64,000 nt of DNA, taken from the NCBI RefSeq assembly GCF_964213995.1, contig NW_027590139.1, positions 744,001-808,000 on the forward strand. The letters run 5' to 3'. How positions within the stretch are numbered: position 1 is the stretch's first letter; the number at the start of each line of letters is the position of its first letter. The notes beneath the pieces are model-generated. The model had not been told where the DNA came from. It did not search any database and saw only the letters and a program-made list of their open reading frames with translations. The translations under genes were made by a program, and so were the position numbers. Below, piece after piece: positions 23,145 to 35,431 of the stretch. The stretch is from Mustelus asterias (taxonomy: Eukaryota).

Positions 23145-25115
23145 AGTGGTACGGGAATTGTGGCCAAGCCATGGCTTACAAGGGAAATTAGAGGTAGTAT
23201 CAGATTCAAGGAAGAAGCATACAAATCGGCAAGAAAAAGCAATAGATCCGAGGATTGGGAACAGTTTAAAATTCAGCAAAGGAGGACCAAGGGATTGATT
23301 AAGGGAAAAATGGAGTATGAAAGTAAGGTAGCAGGGAATAGAAAAACTGACTGTAAAAGTTTCTATAGATATGTAAAAGATTGACAAAAACAAATGTTAG
23401 AAATGGGAGAATTCATAATGGGGAATAAAGAAATGGCTGAGGAATTAAATTGGTACTTTGCTTCAGTCTTCACAAAGGAAGACATGAATAATATACCAGA
23501 TGGGCTGAGAGAAACATATTTTAGTCAGGGGCTGAAGGAAATCAGCATCAGTTGAGAAGTTTTTGGGGAAATTGATGGGATTGAAGGTGGATAAATCTCC
23601 AGGTCCAGATAAGCTTCATCCCAGAGTACTTAAGGAAGTGGTCCTGGAAATAGTAGATACATTGGTGGTTATTTTCCCAAATTCTTTGGAATCGGTAATA
23701 GTTCCTGCAGATTGGAGGGTAGCTAATGTAAACCCACTATTCAAAAAGGGAGGGAGAGAGAAAACAGGGAACTATAGACAAGTGAGCCTAACATTGGTAC
23801 TGGGGAAGTTGCTGGTGTCTATTATCAAGGATTTCACAACTCGGCATTTGGAAGGCAGTGGTATAATCAGACAAAGACAGCATGGATTTACAAAAGGGAA
23901 ATCATGCTTGACGAATCTATTGGAATTTTGTAAGGATGTAAGTAATAGAGTTGACCGAGGAGAACCAGTGGATGTGGTTTATTTAGACTTTCAGAAGGCT
24001 TTCGACAAGGTCTCACATAACAGACTGCTATGTAAAGTTAAAGGACATGGGATTGCAGGTAATGTCTTGAGATGGATAGAAAGCTGGTTAGCAGATAAGA
24101 AGCGAAGAGTTGGCATAAATGAGTCTTTTTCTGATTGGCAGTCAGTGACTAGTGGGGTTTGGCAGGGATATGTGCTTGGACCCCAACTCTTCACATTATA
24201 TATTAATGATTTGGAAGAGGGAACGGAATGTATTATTTCCAAATTTGCAGATAATACAAAGTTGGGTGGGAGGGTGAGCTGTGAGGAGGCTGCAGAGATG
24301 CTTTAGCGTGATTTGGACAGGCTGAGTGTGTGGGCATCTGCATGGCAGATGCAGTATAATGTGGATAAATGTGAGATTATCCACTTTGGTAGCAATAATA
24401 GGAAGACAGATTATTACTTGAATAGGTGTAAATTGAGGGAGGGGTATACTCAACAAGCTGTTGGATTCCTCGTGCATCAGTCGCTGAAAGTAAGCATGCA
24501 GGTACAGCAGGCAGTAAAGAAGGCAAATGATCTGTAGGCCTTCATAGCAAGAGGATTTGAGTATAGGGATAGGGATGTTTTGCTGCAGTTCTATGGGGCG
24601 TTGGTGAGGCCACACCTGGAGTATTGTGTACAGTTTTGGTGTCCTTATCTGAGGAAGGATGTCCTTGTTATAGAGGGAGTACAGCGAAGGTTTACCAGGC
24701 TGATTCCTGGGATGGCAAGTCAGTCATATGAGGAGAAACTAAATCGGTTAGGATTATATTCACTGGAGTTTGGAAGAGTGGGATCTCATAGAAACTTAAA
24801 AATTCTAACAGGGTTAGACAGGGTAGATACAGGAAGAATGTTCCCAATGGTGGGGGGAGTCCAGAACTCGGGGTCATAGTTTGAGGATAAGGGGTAAACC
24901 TTTTAGAACTGAGGTGAGGAGAAATTTCTTCATCCAGAGGGTGATGAATGTGTGGAATTCACTGCCACAGAATATAGATCAAGGGATATGGAGGAACAGG
25001 AGTGGGGTGGGGGGGGGATTAGGATATTGAATTTGATGATCAACCATGACCATAATGAATGGCGAAGCAAGTTCGAAGGCTGAATGACCTACCCCCACTT
25101 CTAGATTCTATGTTT
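23145..25115 (+). mobile_element. CR1 LINE, about 2 kb of ORF2 (RT) with stops, plus 3' UTR
   Basis: KSPGPD..., QHGFTKGKSCLTNL, YLDFQKAFDKV, SKFADNTK. Confidence 0.93.
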
Positions 25116-25632
25116 CAGTGAGAGAAGTTGCCTGAAGCGGTGGCAAAGAATTTGGTTACACTTCAGCCCCAGGCTCCTCATGTTTACATAGAAACATACT
25201 AGAAAATATAAGTCGGGAGGAGGCTATTCGGCCCTTCGAGCTTGCTCCGCTGTTCATTCTGGTCACGGCTGATCATCAAATTCAATATCGTAATCCCGCC
25301 TCCCCCCCCCCCCCCCCCCCCCACCCCACCCCCCCGTATCCCTTGATCCCCAAGAAATGTATCTAATTCCTTATTGAAATCAGACTCTACTACTTTTGAG
25401 GAAGGGACTTCCGAAGATTCAAGACTCTGAATGAAATAAAACCTTCTCAGCTCTGTCTTCAATGGGCAGCACTGTTTTTTAAACAGTGACCCCCAGATTC
25501 TCCCATAAGAGTAAACATCCTCTCCACATCCAAGACCTTTCAGAATCTCGAAGGTTTAAATTAAGTTGCCTCTTACTCTTTTAAAGTCGAGCAGAAGCTA
25601 AACTTGAGCAGAGAATGTCTCTGGTGTTATTA

Positions 25633-25780
25633 TGTGGTCATGATGTGGAGATGCCAGCGTTGGACTGGGGTAAACACAGTAAGAGTTTTAACAACACCAG
25701 GTTAAAGTCCAACAGGTTTATTTGATAGCAAATACCATTAGCTTTCGGAGCGCTGCTCCTTCGTCAGATAGAGTGGAAAT
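25633..25780 (-). mobile_element. Short Penelope-like (family 1) pLTR fragment
   Basis: Matches 53760-53903 and 3994-4095. Confidence 0.85.
25735..25771 (-). ncRNA. Minimal type-I hammerhead ribozyme motif with intact core
   Basis: CUAU-CUGACGA-A-GGAGC-AGC-GCUCC-GAAA-GC-UA-AUGG. Confidence 0.75.
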
Positions 25781-26179
25781 CAGATTTTCCAGTCATAGAG
25801 TCATTCCAGCACAGAAGGAGTCCATTGGATAACTCGAGTCCATACCGACTCTCACTGTAACTTCATAGTTTTTCACAGTTTTTTTGTGATTTTCACAGTG
25901 ACTTCATTGCAGTGTTAATGTCAGCATGCTTGTGACGCGAATTAATAAATTATCAAAAGTAAACTATAAATCCTCTGTCGTGCAATTCTGTCCGTCTGGA
26001 GTGGGTCCCATTCTGTAACCCTGCAGCACCCATCTAATCTCATTTAGAAATTATTGATCATCTCTGCTTGACTACCCCCACAGGCAGCAAGTTCAAGATC
26101 ATAATTAATCACAACCCCCTGTATCTTCACCAACTGGAGCCATCCGATCCATTAAATATATTTTTAGTTCAGTCAGAGC

Positions 26180-27025
26180 AGAGATATTTGTATCATCGAT
26201 AGTCACAGGTGAGGTGCCTGAAGACTGGAGGGTGGCAAATGTTGTGCCTTTGTTTGAAAAGGGCTGCAGGGAAAAGCCTGGGAACTGCAGGCCAGTGAGC
26301 CTCACATGGGTAAGTTGTTGGAAGGTATTTTGAGAGACAGGATCTACAGGCATTTAGAGATGCAATGACTGATTAGGGACAGTCAGCATGGCTTTGTGAG
26401 TGGTGAAGAAGGCATTCAGCGTGCTTGGTTTCATTGGTCAGAACATTGAATACAGGAGTTGGGATGTCTTGTTGAAGTTGTACAAAACATTGGTAAGGCC
26501 ACACTTGGAATGCTGTGTACAGTTCTGGTCACCCTATTATAGAAAGGATATTATTAAACCAGAAAGAGTGCAGAAAATAATTATTAGGATGCTACTGGGA
26601 CTTGATGGTTTGAGTTATAAGGAGAGGCTGGATAGACTGGAACTTTTTTGTCTGGAGTGTCGGAGGCTTAGGGGTGATCTTATAGAGGTCTATAAAATAA
26701 TGAGGGGCACAGATCAGCTAGATAGTAAATATCTTTTCCCAAAGTAGGGGAGTCTAAAACTAGAGGGCATAGGTTTAAGGTGAGAGGGGCAATTTTTTCA
26801 TACAGAGAATGGTGAGTGTCTTGAACAAGCTGCCAGAGGTAGTAGTAGAGGCGGGTACAATTTTGATTTTTAAAAAGCATTTAGACAGTTACATGGGTAA
26901 GATGGGTACAGAGGGACATGGGCCAAATGCAGGCAATTGGGACTAGCTTAGGGGTTAAAAAAAAAGGCGGCATGGACAAATTGGGGCGAAGGGCCTGTTT
27001 CCATGCTGTAAACCTCTGTGACTCT
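26180..27025 (+). mobile_element. CR1/HER1 LINE with a large internal deletion
   Basis: GEVPEDWRVANVVPLF...QHGFV joined directly to VVKKAF...; CR1 3' UTR. Confidence 0.88.
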
Positions 27026-27669
27026 CGAGACTGTCTGGCAGCCTGCATGGAGATTTTCAGCTCTCTGTGTCCAGGACAGGAAGCAGCGAGCATGGATCTG
27101 TCAATCAGCCTCAATCAGCACTTTCAAGAGAATATGGAGGGTGAATATTAGATACAGCAGAGTGAGAATGGAGGGAGAGTGTGTGGGATGGAGATTTACA
27201 GCTTTTGGGGAATGAGAGAGGAAAGAATGTTCCACAGAAACTAGAATTGCCTGTTCTGAATTTTCATCCTGTACTGACTGTGATGACTTTTGTAAACTCC
27301 TTTTACAGGATATTAGAAGGTGAAGATTTACAGACAGAAATCTTAAACCAAACGTCACATCAACATCTGACAGAGTCACTCAATTCAACGGGACCTGAAT
27401 ATCATCGTCCTTTGAATCTAGAAGGAGAAATGTTTTTCTGTTCTGTCTGCTTCAGGAGATTTTAAACATCAGTGTGACTGGAAAGCACCGAGACATACAC
27501 ACACCAGGGAGAGAGTGCTCTAGTGCAATGCGTGTGGAAAACGCTTCAGTTGCACAGCCTGAAAAAACATCGCAGCATTCACAGCGGGGAGAGACTGTAC
27601 CCGTGTTCTGTGTGTGGATGAGGTTTCAACTGATTGTCCGACCTGGAGAGTCACAAGGACACCTGCACC

Positions 27670-28260
27670 ATGGAGAAACGGTGGAAATGTGGGGACTGTG
27701 GGAAGGGATTTAGATACCCTTCTCACCTGGAAACCCATCGACGCAGCCACACTGGGGAGAGACCGTTCACCTGTTCTCAGTGTGGGAATGGATTCAGTCG
27801 ATTATCCACCCTGCAGACACACCAGCGAGTTCACAATGAGGAAAAGCCATTCATCTGCTTTCATTGTGGGAAGAGATTCACTCAGTCATCCGCCCTGCAG
27901 ACACACCAGCGAGTTCACAATGAGGAGAGACCATTCATCTGCTCTCAGTGTGGGAAGGGATTCAGTCAGTCATCCAGCCTGCAGACACACCAGCGAGTTC
28001 ACACTCGGGAGAGGCCGTTTACCTGCTCACAGTGTGGGAATGGGTTCACTCAGTTATCCCATCTGAAGACACACCAACGGTTTCACACTGGGGAGAGGCC
28101 GTTCACCTGCCCTCAGTGCGAGAAGGGATTTGCTCAGTTATCCACTCTTCAGACACACCAGCGAGTTCACACCAAGGAGAGACCGTTCACCTGCTCTCAG
28201 TGTGGGAAAGGATTCACTCAGTTATCCAACCTGCGGAGACACCAGCGAATTCACGAGTGA
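27670..28260 (+). CDS. Z5: intact C2H2 zinc-finger protein, 7 fingers
   Basis: caccATGG at 27670; splice acceptor ttttacag ending at 27308. Confidence 0.88.
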   Translation: MEKRWKCGDCGKGFRYPSHLETHRRSHTGERPFTCSQCGNGFSRLSTLQTHQRVHNEEKPFICFHCGKRFTQSSALQTHQRVHNEERPFICSQCGKGFSQSSSLQTHQRVHTRERPFTCSQCGNGFTQLSHLKTHQRFHTGERPFTCPQCEKGFAQLSTLQTHQRVHTKERPFTCSQCGKGFTQLSNLRRHQRIHE

Positions 28261-28499
28261 TTCCAGGGGTTGGATTCTGCTGTTATTGTTTCTGCTCTCA
28301 GTTGCATCCAGGACTGCATTTTGTTCATTCTCACAGTTGGTCAATGGGGAGGGTCGGAGGGTTTCTTTCTGCTGGACTGGCCGGTCTCACCACTTTGCCT
28401 CCAGTGGGCTGATAATCTTTTAACCTTGTTGCGAATATCTGGCTTTGGATTTCTCAAGGATCACAGAGTGAAAGAGCGTTAGGAAGTTAAAAGATATTT

Positions 28500-28870
28500 T
28501 GTTCACAATTATGTTTGGAAGCCTCGCAAAGCATGCAGAGGGAGTAGTGAGTGTGAGGGACTGAAAGAGATTAGTATTCGTGAAAAAGTAGCACTGGAGA
28601 AATTAATGGGGTTGGAAGTGAATAAATCCCCAAAAAGCTGCTGATCTACATCCCAGAGTGTTGGAAGAGGTGGCTGTGGAGATAGTGGATACATTGGTGG
28701 TCATCTTTCCAAATTCTATAGATTGTGGAATGGTTGCTGCAGATTGGAAGGTGGTAAATGAAACCCCACTGTTTAAGGAGGGAGAGAGAAAACGGGGAAC
28801 CACAGACCCATCAGCCTGACATCAGCCGGAGGGAAAATGCTACAATCTATTGTACAGGATGTGATAACAG
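28500..28870 (+). mobile_element. Degraded CR1 RT fragment
   Basis: Homologous to 23540-23830. Confidence 0.7.
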
Positions 28871-30129
28871 ATGAATATGCACATTCAGAACAGGGGTACG
28901 TCCCTCGAGCCTGCTCCACCATTCAGTACATACACAGCTGATCTGATTGTAACCTCAACTTCACATTACCACCGACCCCCCAATGAGCTTCAGACTAAAA
29001 CTCCCTCCTCTGGGCAACATCTGGAAGAAATCAATGTTTCCCCCTTTCCATTTCTTTTCTCATTCTGGGGGGAATTGGGGACTTGCAGCAACTGAAGCGA
29101 AAGGAAGTGAATCCAGGGAGGCTGCAGACTCTGGAAAGGTTGGCCCAGGTCTCTCTCTCTCTCTCTTAAAGACATTGACATAATTTCCTCTCTCAGCTTG
29201 ACACATTATTTGTCAGGCTAAAAGGATGGTCTCTTTTCTAATGTTCACGGGCTGGTTTCCCCAGGAGATAGAAACCTGCTCGACCATCCATTATGATCAT
29301 GGCCGATCATCCCTCCCAATATCCCTTCAGCGCCGAGAACTCTATCTAATTTCTTCTTGAAATCACACAATGTCTTGGCTTCAGCTACTTTCTGTGGGAG
29401 TGAATTCCACACATTCACCATTCTCTGGGTGAAGAAATTTCTCACTTCAGTCCTGAAAGGTTGACCCCTTATCCTCAACTCCCCCACCATCAGGAACATC
29501 GAGAGATGGCTGACATTTAAGGGGACAGTAAATATAGGACAGACATCTGTCTAATGTTGTTACATGGTGCATAATTGGTTCTGTAACAAAATACATTTAT
29601 TATTTCTAGTTTTGTAATATAGTACTTTAGCGACATTATATATTTCCATTATACATTCACAGCACAGGTGTCCATTCAGTAACTCGAGTCCATGCCGACT
29701 TTCTGTCGGACAATACAGTCAGTCCCACTACCCCTCTATAGCCCTGTTCCCCTGCAAGTTTATTTCCTTCAGATGCCCAACCCAATTTATTTTAAATTAT
29801 TCTTCTCCACTTCCACCACTGGTGTGATTTTCTGATTATACCCACTCGCTGTCTAAATAATGTTCTTCCTCACACATCCCCTACTCTATCTCAAATTAAA
29901 AGATACAGCACTCTCGATCAAACATTTTCTGGACAGTTAATTGTGCATCTGAAGAGATATATGTACATTTACTGAATTAAAATGTTTGGGTGTCTGACTC
30001 CAGGACCTTGTATCGATAGATCAACATGACTCACTAATTCAGGAGAATTGGGAGGGTGAATATTAGACACATCAGAGTGAGAATGGAGGGACAGTGTGTG
30101 GGACGGAGATTTACAGCTTTTGGGATTTT

Positions 30130-30330
30130 AAAAAATGTATTAGTGTCACAAGTAGGCTAACATTAACACTGCAATGAAGTTACTGCGAAAATCCCCAAGT
30201 CGCCACACTGTTTGGGTACACCAAGGGAGAATTTAGCATGGCCAATCCACCTAACCCGTGGATTGTGGGAGGAAACTGGAGCACCTGAAGGAAACCCATG
30301 CAGTCACGGGGAGAATGTGCAGACTCCACA
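30130..30330 (-). mobile_element. V-SINE (alternative tail) fragment that replaces the Z6 splice-acceptor region
   Basis: AGTGTCACAAGTAGGCT...GCAATGAAGTTACTG...GGGAGGAAACTGGAGCACC. Confidence 0.75.
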
Positions 30331-30615
30331 CATCACATCAACATCTGACAGAGTCACTCAATTCACCGGGACCTGAATATCATCAGCCTTTGAATGTAGG
30401 AGAAATGTTTGTCTATTTTGTCTGCAACAGAAAATTTTAAACTGGAAAAGCACCTGGACGCACAGAGATCCGAGTGAGAATGTTTCAGCTTTAACTAGTT
30501 ACACAGTTTTTCAAAACATTACCCTTTGGAGTCGGGAAAGACGGTCTCCGTGGTCTGTGTTTGTGGACACCTCAGTTGGTTCTTGAACGTGGAGAGTCAC
30601 AAGGACACCTGCACC

Positions 30616-31290
30616 ATGGAGAAACCTTGGGAATGTGGGAAGGGATTCGTTACCCCATCAAGACTGGAAAGTCACCGACGCGTTCACACTGGGGAAAGGC
30701 CATTTACTTGCCCTGATTGTGGGAAGGGAGTCACTCAGTTATCCCACCTGTGGACACACCAGTGAATTCACACTGGGGAGAGGCCTTTTATCTGCACTGA
30801 ATATGGGAAGGGATTCACTCAGTCATCTAACCTGCTCGGACACCAGCGAGTTCACACTGGGGAGAGGCCTTTTATCTGCACTGAATGTGGGAAGGGATTC
30901 ACTCAGTCATCTAACCTGCTCGGACACCAGCGAGTTCACACTGGGGAGAGGCCTTTTATCTGCACTGAATGTGGGAAGGGATTCACTCAGTCATCTAACC
31001 TGCTCGGACACCAGCGAGTTCACACTGGAGAGAGGCCATTCACCTGCACTGAGTGTGAAAAGGGATTCAGAGATTCATCCACTCTGCAGAAACACCAGAG
31101 AGTTCACACTGGGGAAAGACCATTCACTTGCTTTGATTCTGGGAAGCAATTCCAAGATTCCTCCACCCAGGTGAGACACCATCAATTTTATACGGGGAGA
31201 GGCCGCTCACCTGCTCTGACTGTGGGAAGGGATTCACTCAGTTATCCACCCTGCAGACACACCAGCGAGTTCACAATTGCTTACATGAGG
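30616..31290 (+). pseudogene. Z6: C2H2 ZNF pseudogene
   Basis: HQ* stop at 30763-30765, an 84-bp finger present three times (about 30770-31020), later frameshift. Confidence 0.88.
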
Positions 31291-31479
31291 TGGATTCTTC
31301 TGTTAATCACATCCAGGACTGAACCATGTTCATTCTGACAGTTGGTGACGTGGGAGGGTCGGAGGGTTTCTTTGAGCCTGGGAGAGCACATTTCCACTGA
31401 ATGATCCACAAAAACTGATGAAGGACATTTATTTACTCCAGGAGAGTAAATAGTGTTTTCCCCCGACTACATGCAGTTC

Positions 31480-31750
31480 TACAATAAACGCAGAAAGAAC
31501 TGGAAAAATGCAGCCGGTCTGGCAGCATCTGTGGAGAAGAATTTTGTAGAACAGAAGCAAAAGGCGAGGTAATGGTTGTTGTAAAGAAGTGAGTGTTCAG
31601 GACAGAATAATGAACATCTCTGTCTGAAACAAAAAAACCATGAAAACAAGTTCAGGGTGTGAAGTTGTTGAACTCAATGTTGAGTCCAGAAGGCTGTAAA
31701 GTGCCTCATCGGAAGATGAGGGGCTGTTTGTCCAGCTTGTGTTGGGCTTT
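31480..31750 (-). mobile_element. Penelope-like family 2, ORF C-terminus plus pLTR remnant
   Basis: Minus strand HKLDKQPLIFR*GTLQPSGLNIEFNNF followed by TCTCCACAGATGCTGCCAGACC. Confidence 0.7.
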
Positions 31751-32327
31751 TATTTTTTTGACAAAGCGAGTTGTTCTGAACTGCCTGAAAGCAGATTCAA
31801 TAGAATCTTTCCAAAGGGCAAAGACTTGAAAGGGAAGAATTTGCAGGACTGTGGGGACAGATCAGTGTGGTAGGATGAATCAGACAGTCCTTTCAAAGAG
31901 ATAGCAGGGGCACGATGGGCTGAATGGACTCCTGCATCCTGTCAATCTCAGCCTCCTGCTTTTCTGCAGGTTAAAAGGGACAGAATTCAGTGCAGCCTCT
32001 TCCCTGTATCTGTATTTAAAGAGACAGGTTTCTCTTTAGCTCTGAGTGACTGATATAACAATTGGTTGGAGGCCCATTTCCCACTCAGTCCTCCGGCACC
32101 TTCCTGTCTCTCTATTAGTGCGATGCCCATGGCAGTTTCCCAACTGGGGCACAGGCCCCATTATTCTCAGCTAAATTCAGCCCTCAGCTCCGTCACCTGG
32201 CTGTCATTAACACAAGCAATAGAGAGACAGAAAGGTGTCCCAGGCTCAAATGGGAAATCGAAACGTGTGGCTTTTAATGAACTGTTAACATCATTTCTCT
32301 CGTAAGCGAACAAAGAACAAAGAAAAT

Positions 32328-33112
32328 TACAGCACAGGAACAGACCCTTCGGCCCTCCAAGCCTGCACCGACCATGCTGCCCGACTTAACTAAAACCCCC
32401 GACCCTTCCAGGGACCATATCCCTCTATTCCCATCCTATTCATGTACTTGTCAAGACGCTCCTTAAAAGTCACGACCGTATCCACTTCCACTACCTCCCC
32501 CGCCAACAAGTTCCAGGCACCCACTACTCTCTGTAAAAAAATCTGCCTTGTACATCTCCTTTAAACCTTGCACCTCGCACCATAAACCTATGCCCCCGAG
32601 TAAGTGACTCTTCCACCCTGGGAAAAAGCTTCTGACTATCCACTCTGTCCATGCCCTTCATAATCTTGTAGACTTCTATCAGGTCTCCCCTCAACCTCCG
32701 TCACTCCAGTGAGAACAAACCAAATTTCTCCAACCCCTCCTCAGAGCTAATGCGCTCCATACCAGACAACATCCTGGTAAATCCTTTCTGTACCCTCTCC
32801 AAAGCCTCCACATCCTTCTGGTAGTGTGGCGACCAGAATTGAACACTATATTCCAAGTGCGGCCGAACTAAGGTTCTATAAAGCTGCAACATGACTTGCC
32901 AATTTTTACACTCAATGCCCTGGCCGATGAAGGCAAGCATGCCGTATGCCTTCTTGACTACCTTCTCCACCTGCATTGCCACTTTCAGTGACCTGTGTAC
33001 CTGTACACCCAGATCCCTTTGCCTATCAATACTCTGCAGGGTTCTGCCATTTACTGTATATTTCCTCTCTGTATTAGACCTTCCAAAATGCAATACCTCA
33101 CATTTGTCCGGA
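32328..33112 (-). mobile_element. 5'-truncated CR1 LINE
   Basis: PDKCEVLHFG...RPHLEYSVQFWSPHY. Confidence 0.9.
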
Positions 33113-34079
33113 ATAATAAAGGATAACATTCCATTTGTCAGAACTTTGATTTATTTGAACTAAGATTTATGGGGGTTCTCTTGTTTACAATAACCTCCCT
33201 AATCGTAAATCACACCAGGTTCCAGTGTCTTGACCATGTCACAAGAAAGAACACTTTAAATGGTGAATTCAGAAAGTTTATTAATCATTAAAAATGTAAC
33301 AAGTCAGAAAGATAAAAAACAGAGTGTCGATTAACAATTAATAGAGAAAGTTTAACTTAAACAATTGAACAGACTTCTCTCCATCCCTCTCAGACCAGGA
33401 CATGAAGTGACCGCTCCAAAAACATTGATAACTTGTAAAACCAACAGCTCTCCACACCTCTCTGTAAACATATCTCCCTCCACCTCTCTCTACCAAATTA
33501 CCTTCTCAAGATCACTTTTTTATACTTTAAAAATGTTAAAAAGCCCATCTTAGCCAATTCCCATAAATCTTCAATTATGAACGAAAATAGACACGAGTTT
33601 TCAGGCGATTTAAAAAGAAATGAACTGTCTGCTGAAAGGGTTAACTTTTCTACAGAACCTAAAGGGGTGGGGAGTGAGCAGAAAAAACTTGGCACACAAT
33701 TACATCACTTTACACAAGTTTAAAACAAAACAAATGATTTTAAACTTCATCTATTAATTTTTTTGTTATATTCCTCAATCTATTTACTTTAATTTGATCA
33801 GTTTTTGTTAGGGATGGGTAACTTCTGTTCTTTATAAACTGGTTCACTCATTTTGTTTATTCTACATAGGCTTGGAGAATCAGAACCCAGACTTTATCAT
33901 CCTTATCCTTTTTCTCCCTTTGTCACCACTCCCTCTGTTTTGTGGGAGGGTCGTGGGGATTCCAATCAGAACTAATCATTTTATCATAAAAGTAAAATAC
34001 TGCGGATGCTGGAATCTGAAACAACAACAGAAAATGCTGGAAAATCTCAGCAGGTCTGGCAGCATCTGTGGGGACAGAA

Positions 34080-34392
34080 TAGAGCCACTCGACAGTGCAG
34101 AAGGAGGCCATTCGGCCCATCAAGTCTGCACCAACCACAATCCCACCGACCCTATCCCCAGCATTTACCCTGGCTAGTCCCCCTGACACTAAGGGGCAAT
34201 TTATCATGGCCAATCCACCTAACCCGCACTTCTTTGTACTGTGGGAGGAAACCGGAGCACCCGGAGGAAACCTACACAGACACGGGGAGAATGTGCAAAC
34301 TCCACACAGACAGTGACCCGAGCTGGGAATCAAACCCGGGTTCCTGGACCTGTGAGGCAGCAGTGCGAACCACTGTGCCACCGTGCCGCCCT
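34080..34392 (-). mobile_element. HE1-type V-SINE
   Basis: tRNA head, V-domain and CR1-like tail. Confidence 0.88.
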
Positions 34393-35431
34393 AGTTTAAT
34401 TCCAACTCATTCTGAGTAAATATTCTCACCAGGTCCTCTGTTGGGGCTCTGCTAAGCAGCTTTAATGGTCCATGATTGCAGAAACTGAGCAGTCACAGGA
34501 ATGTGGTCAAGATAGTCCAGTCCCATAATGGCTCTCATTCAATCAGCAGTCCTTCAATTATAACAGAATATGTGGCTGTATGTAGCTGCCTCGGCCGTGG
34601 TCAACCCCAACACTGCCTTCCTGAACTGCTGCAATGCCTGAGGTGTAAGTACAGCCACAGTGCTGTTAGGGAGGGATTTCCAGCTACACATTCCAGACTT
34701 TCACTAACTGTTGGTGGATATCAGATTGATATATTCCATTCAACCACTCCCAAGGTGAGTTATTCCAATTCCTTTATTGTCCAGGACAAGATATTTACAA
34801 TATCTTTAAAACAGAAATTAAACATTCCCATTTGATTTCAGGTGTTAACATATTCTGTTAGTTTGTTCTTTATTGTGGGATGTCAGGCTGGGGTTGTTCC
34901 CCTTGGAGCAAAGGAGGTTGAGGGGAGATTTGATAGAGGTGACAAGATTCTGACAGGTTTAGATAAGGTGGACAAAGAAAAGCTGTTCCCATTAGCTGAT
35001 GGGACAAGGACGAGGGGGGACACAGATTTATGGTTTTGAGTCAGAGATGCAGGGGGGGATGTGAGGAAGAATATTTTGGTGCAGCGAATGGTAATGACCT
35101 GAAACTCGCTGCCTACGAGGGTGGAGGAAGTGGAGACAATAAACAATTACAAAGGAATTTGGATGGGCATTTGAGGGGGTTTCAAACAAATATAGTGACT
35201 CTTAACTTCCTAACACCCTGTCACTCTGTGATCCTTGTGAAATTTGAAACCAGGTATTCGCAACAAGACTCAAAGAGCATCAGCCCACTGGAGGCAAAGT
35301 CGTGAGACCAGCCAGTCCAGCAGAAAGAAACCCTCCGACCCTCCCCATTGACCAACTGTGAGAATGAACAAAATGCAGTCCTGGATGTAATTGAGAGCAG
35401 AAACAATAACAGCAGAATCCAACCCCTGGAA

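Noticed and set aside
34476-34835. 119-aa ORF conserved with 42470-42829
   Set aside because: Non-ATG start, overlaps an L2 tail remnant, and the similarity is explained by the inverted duplication.
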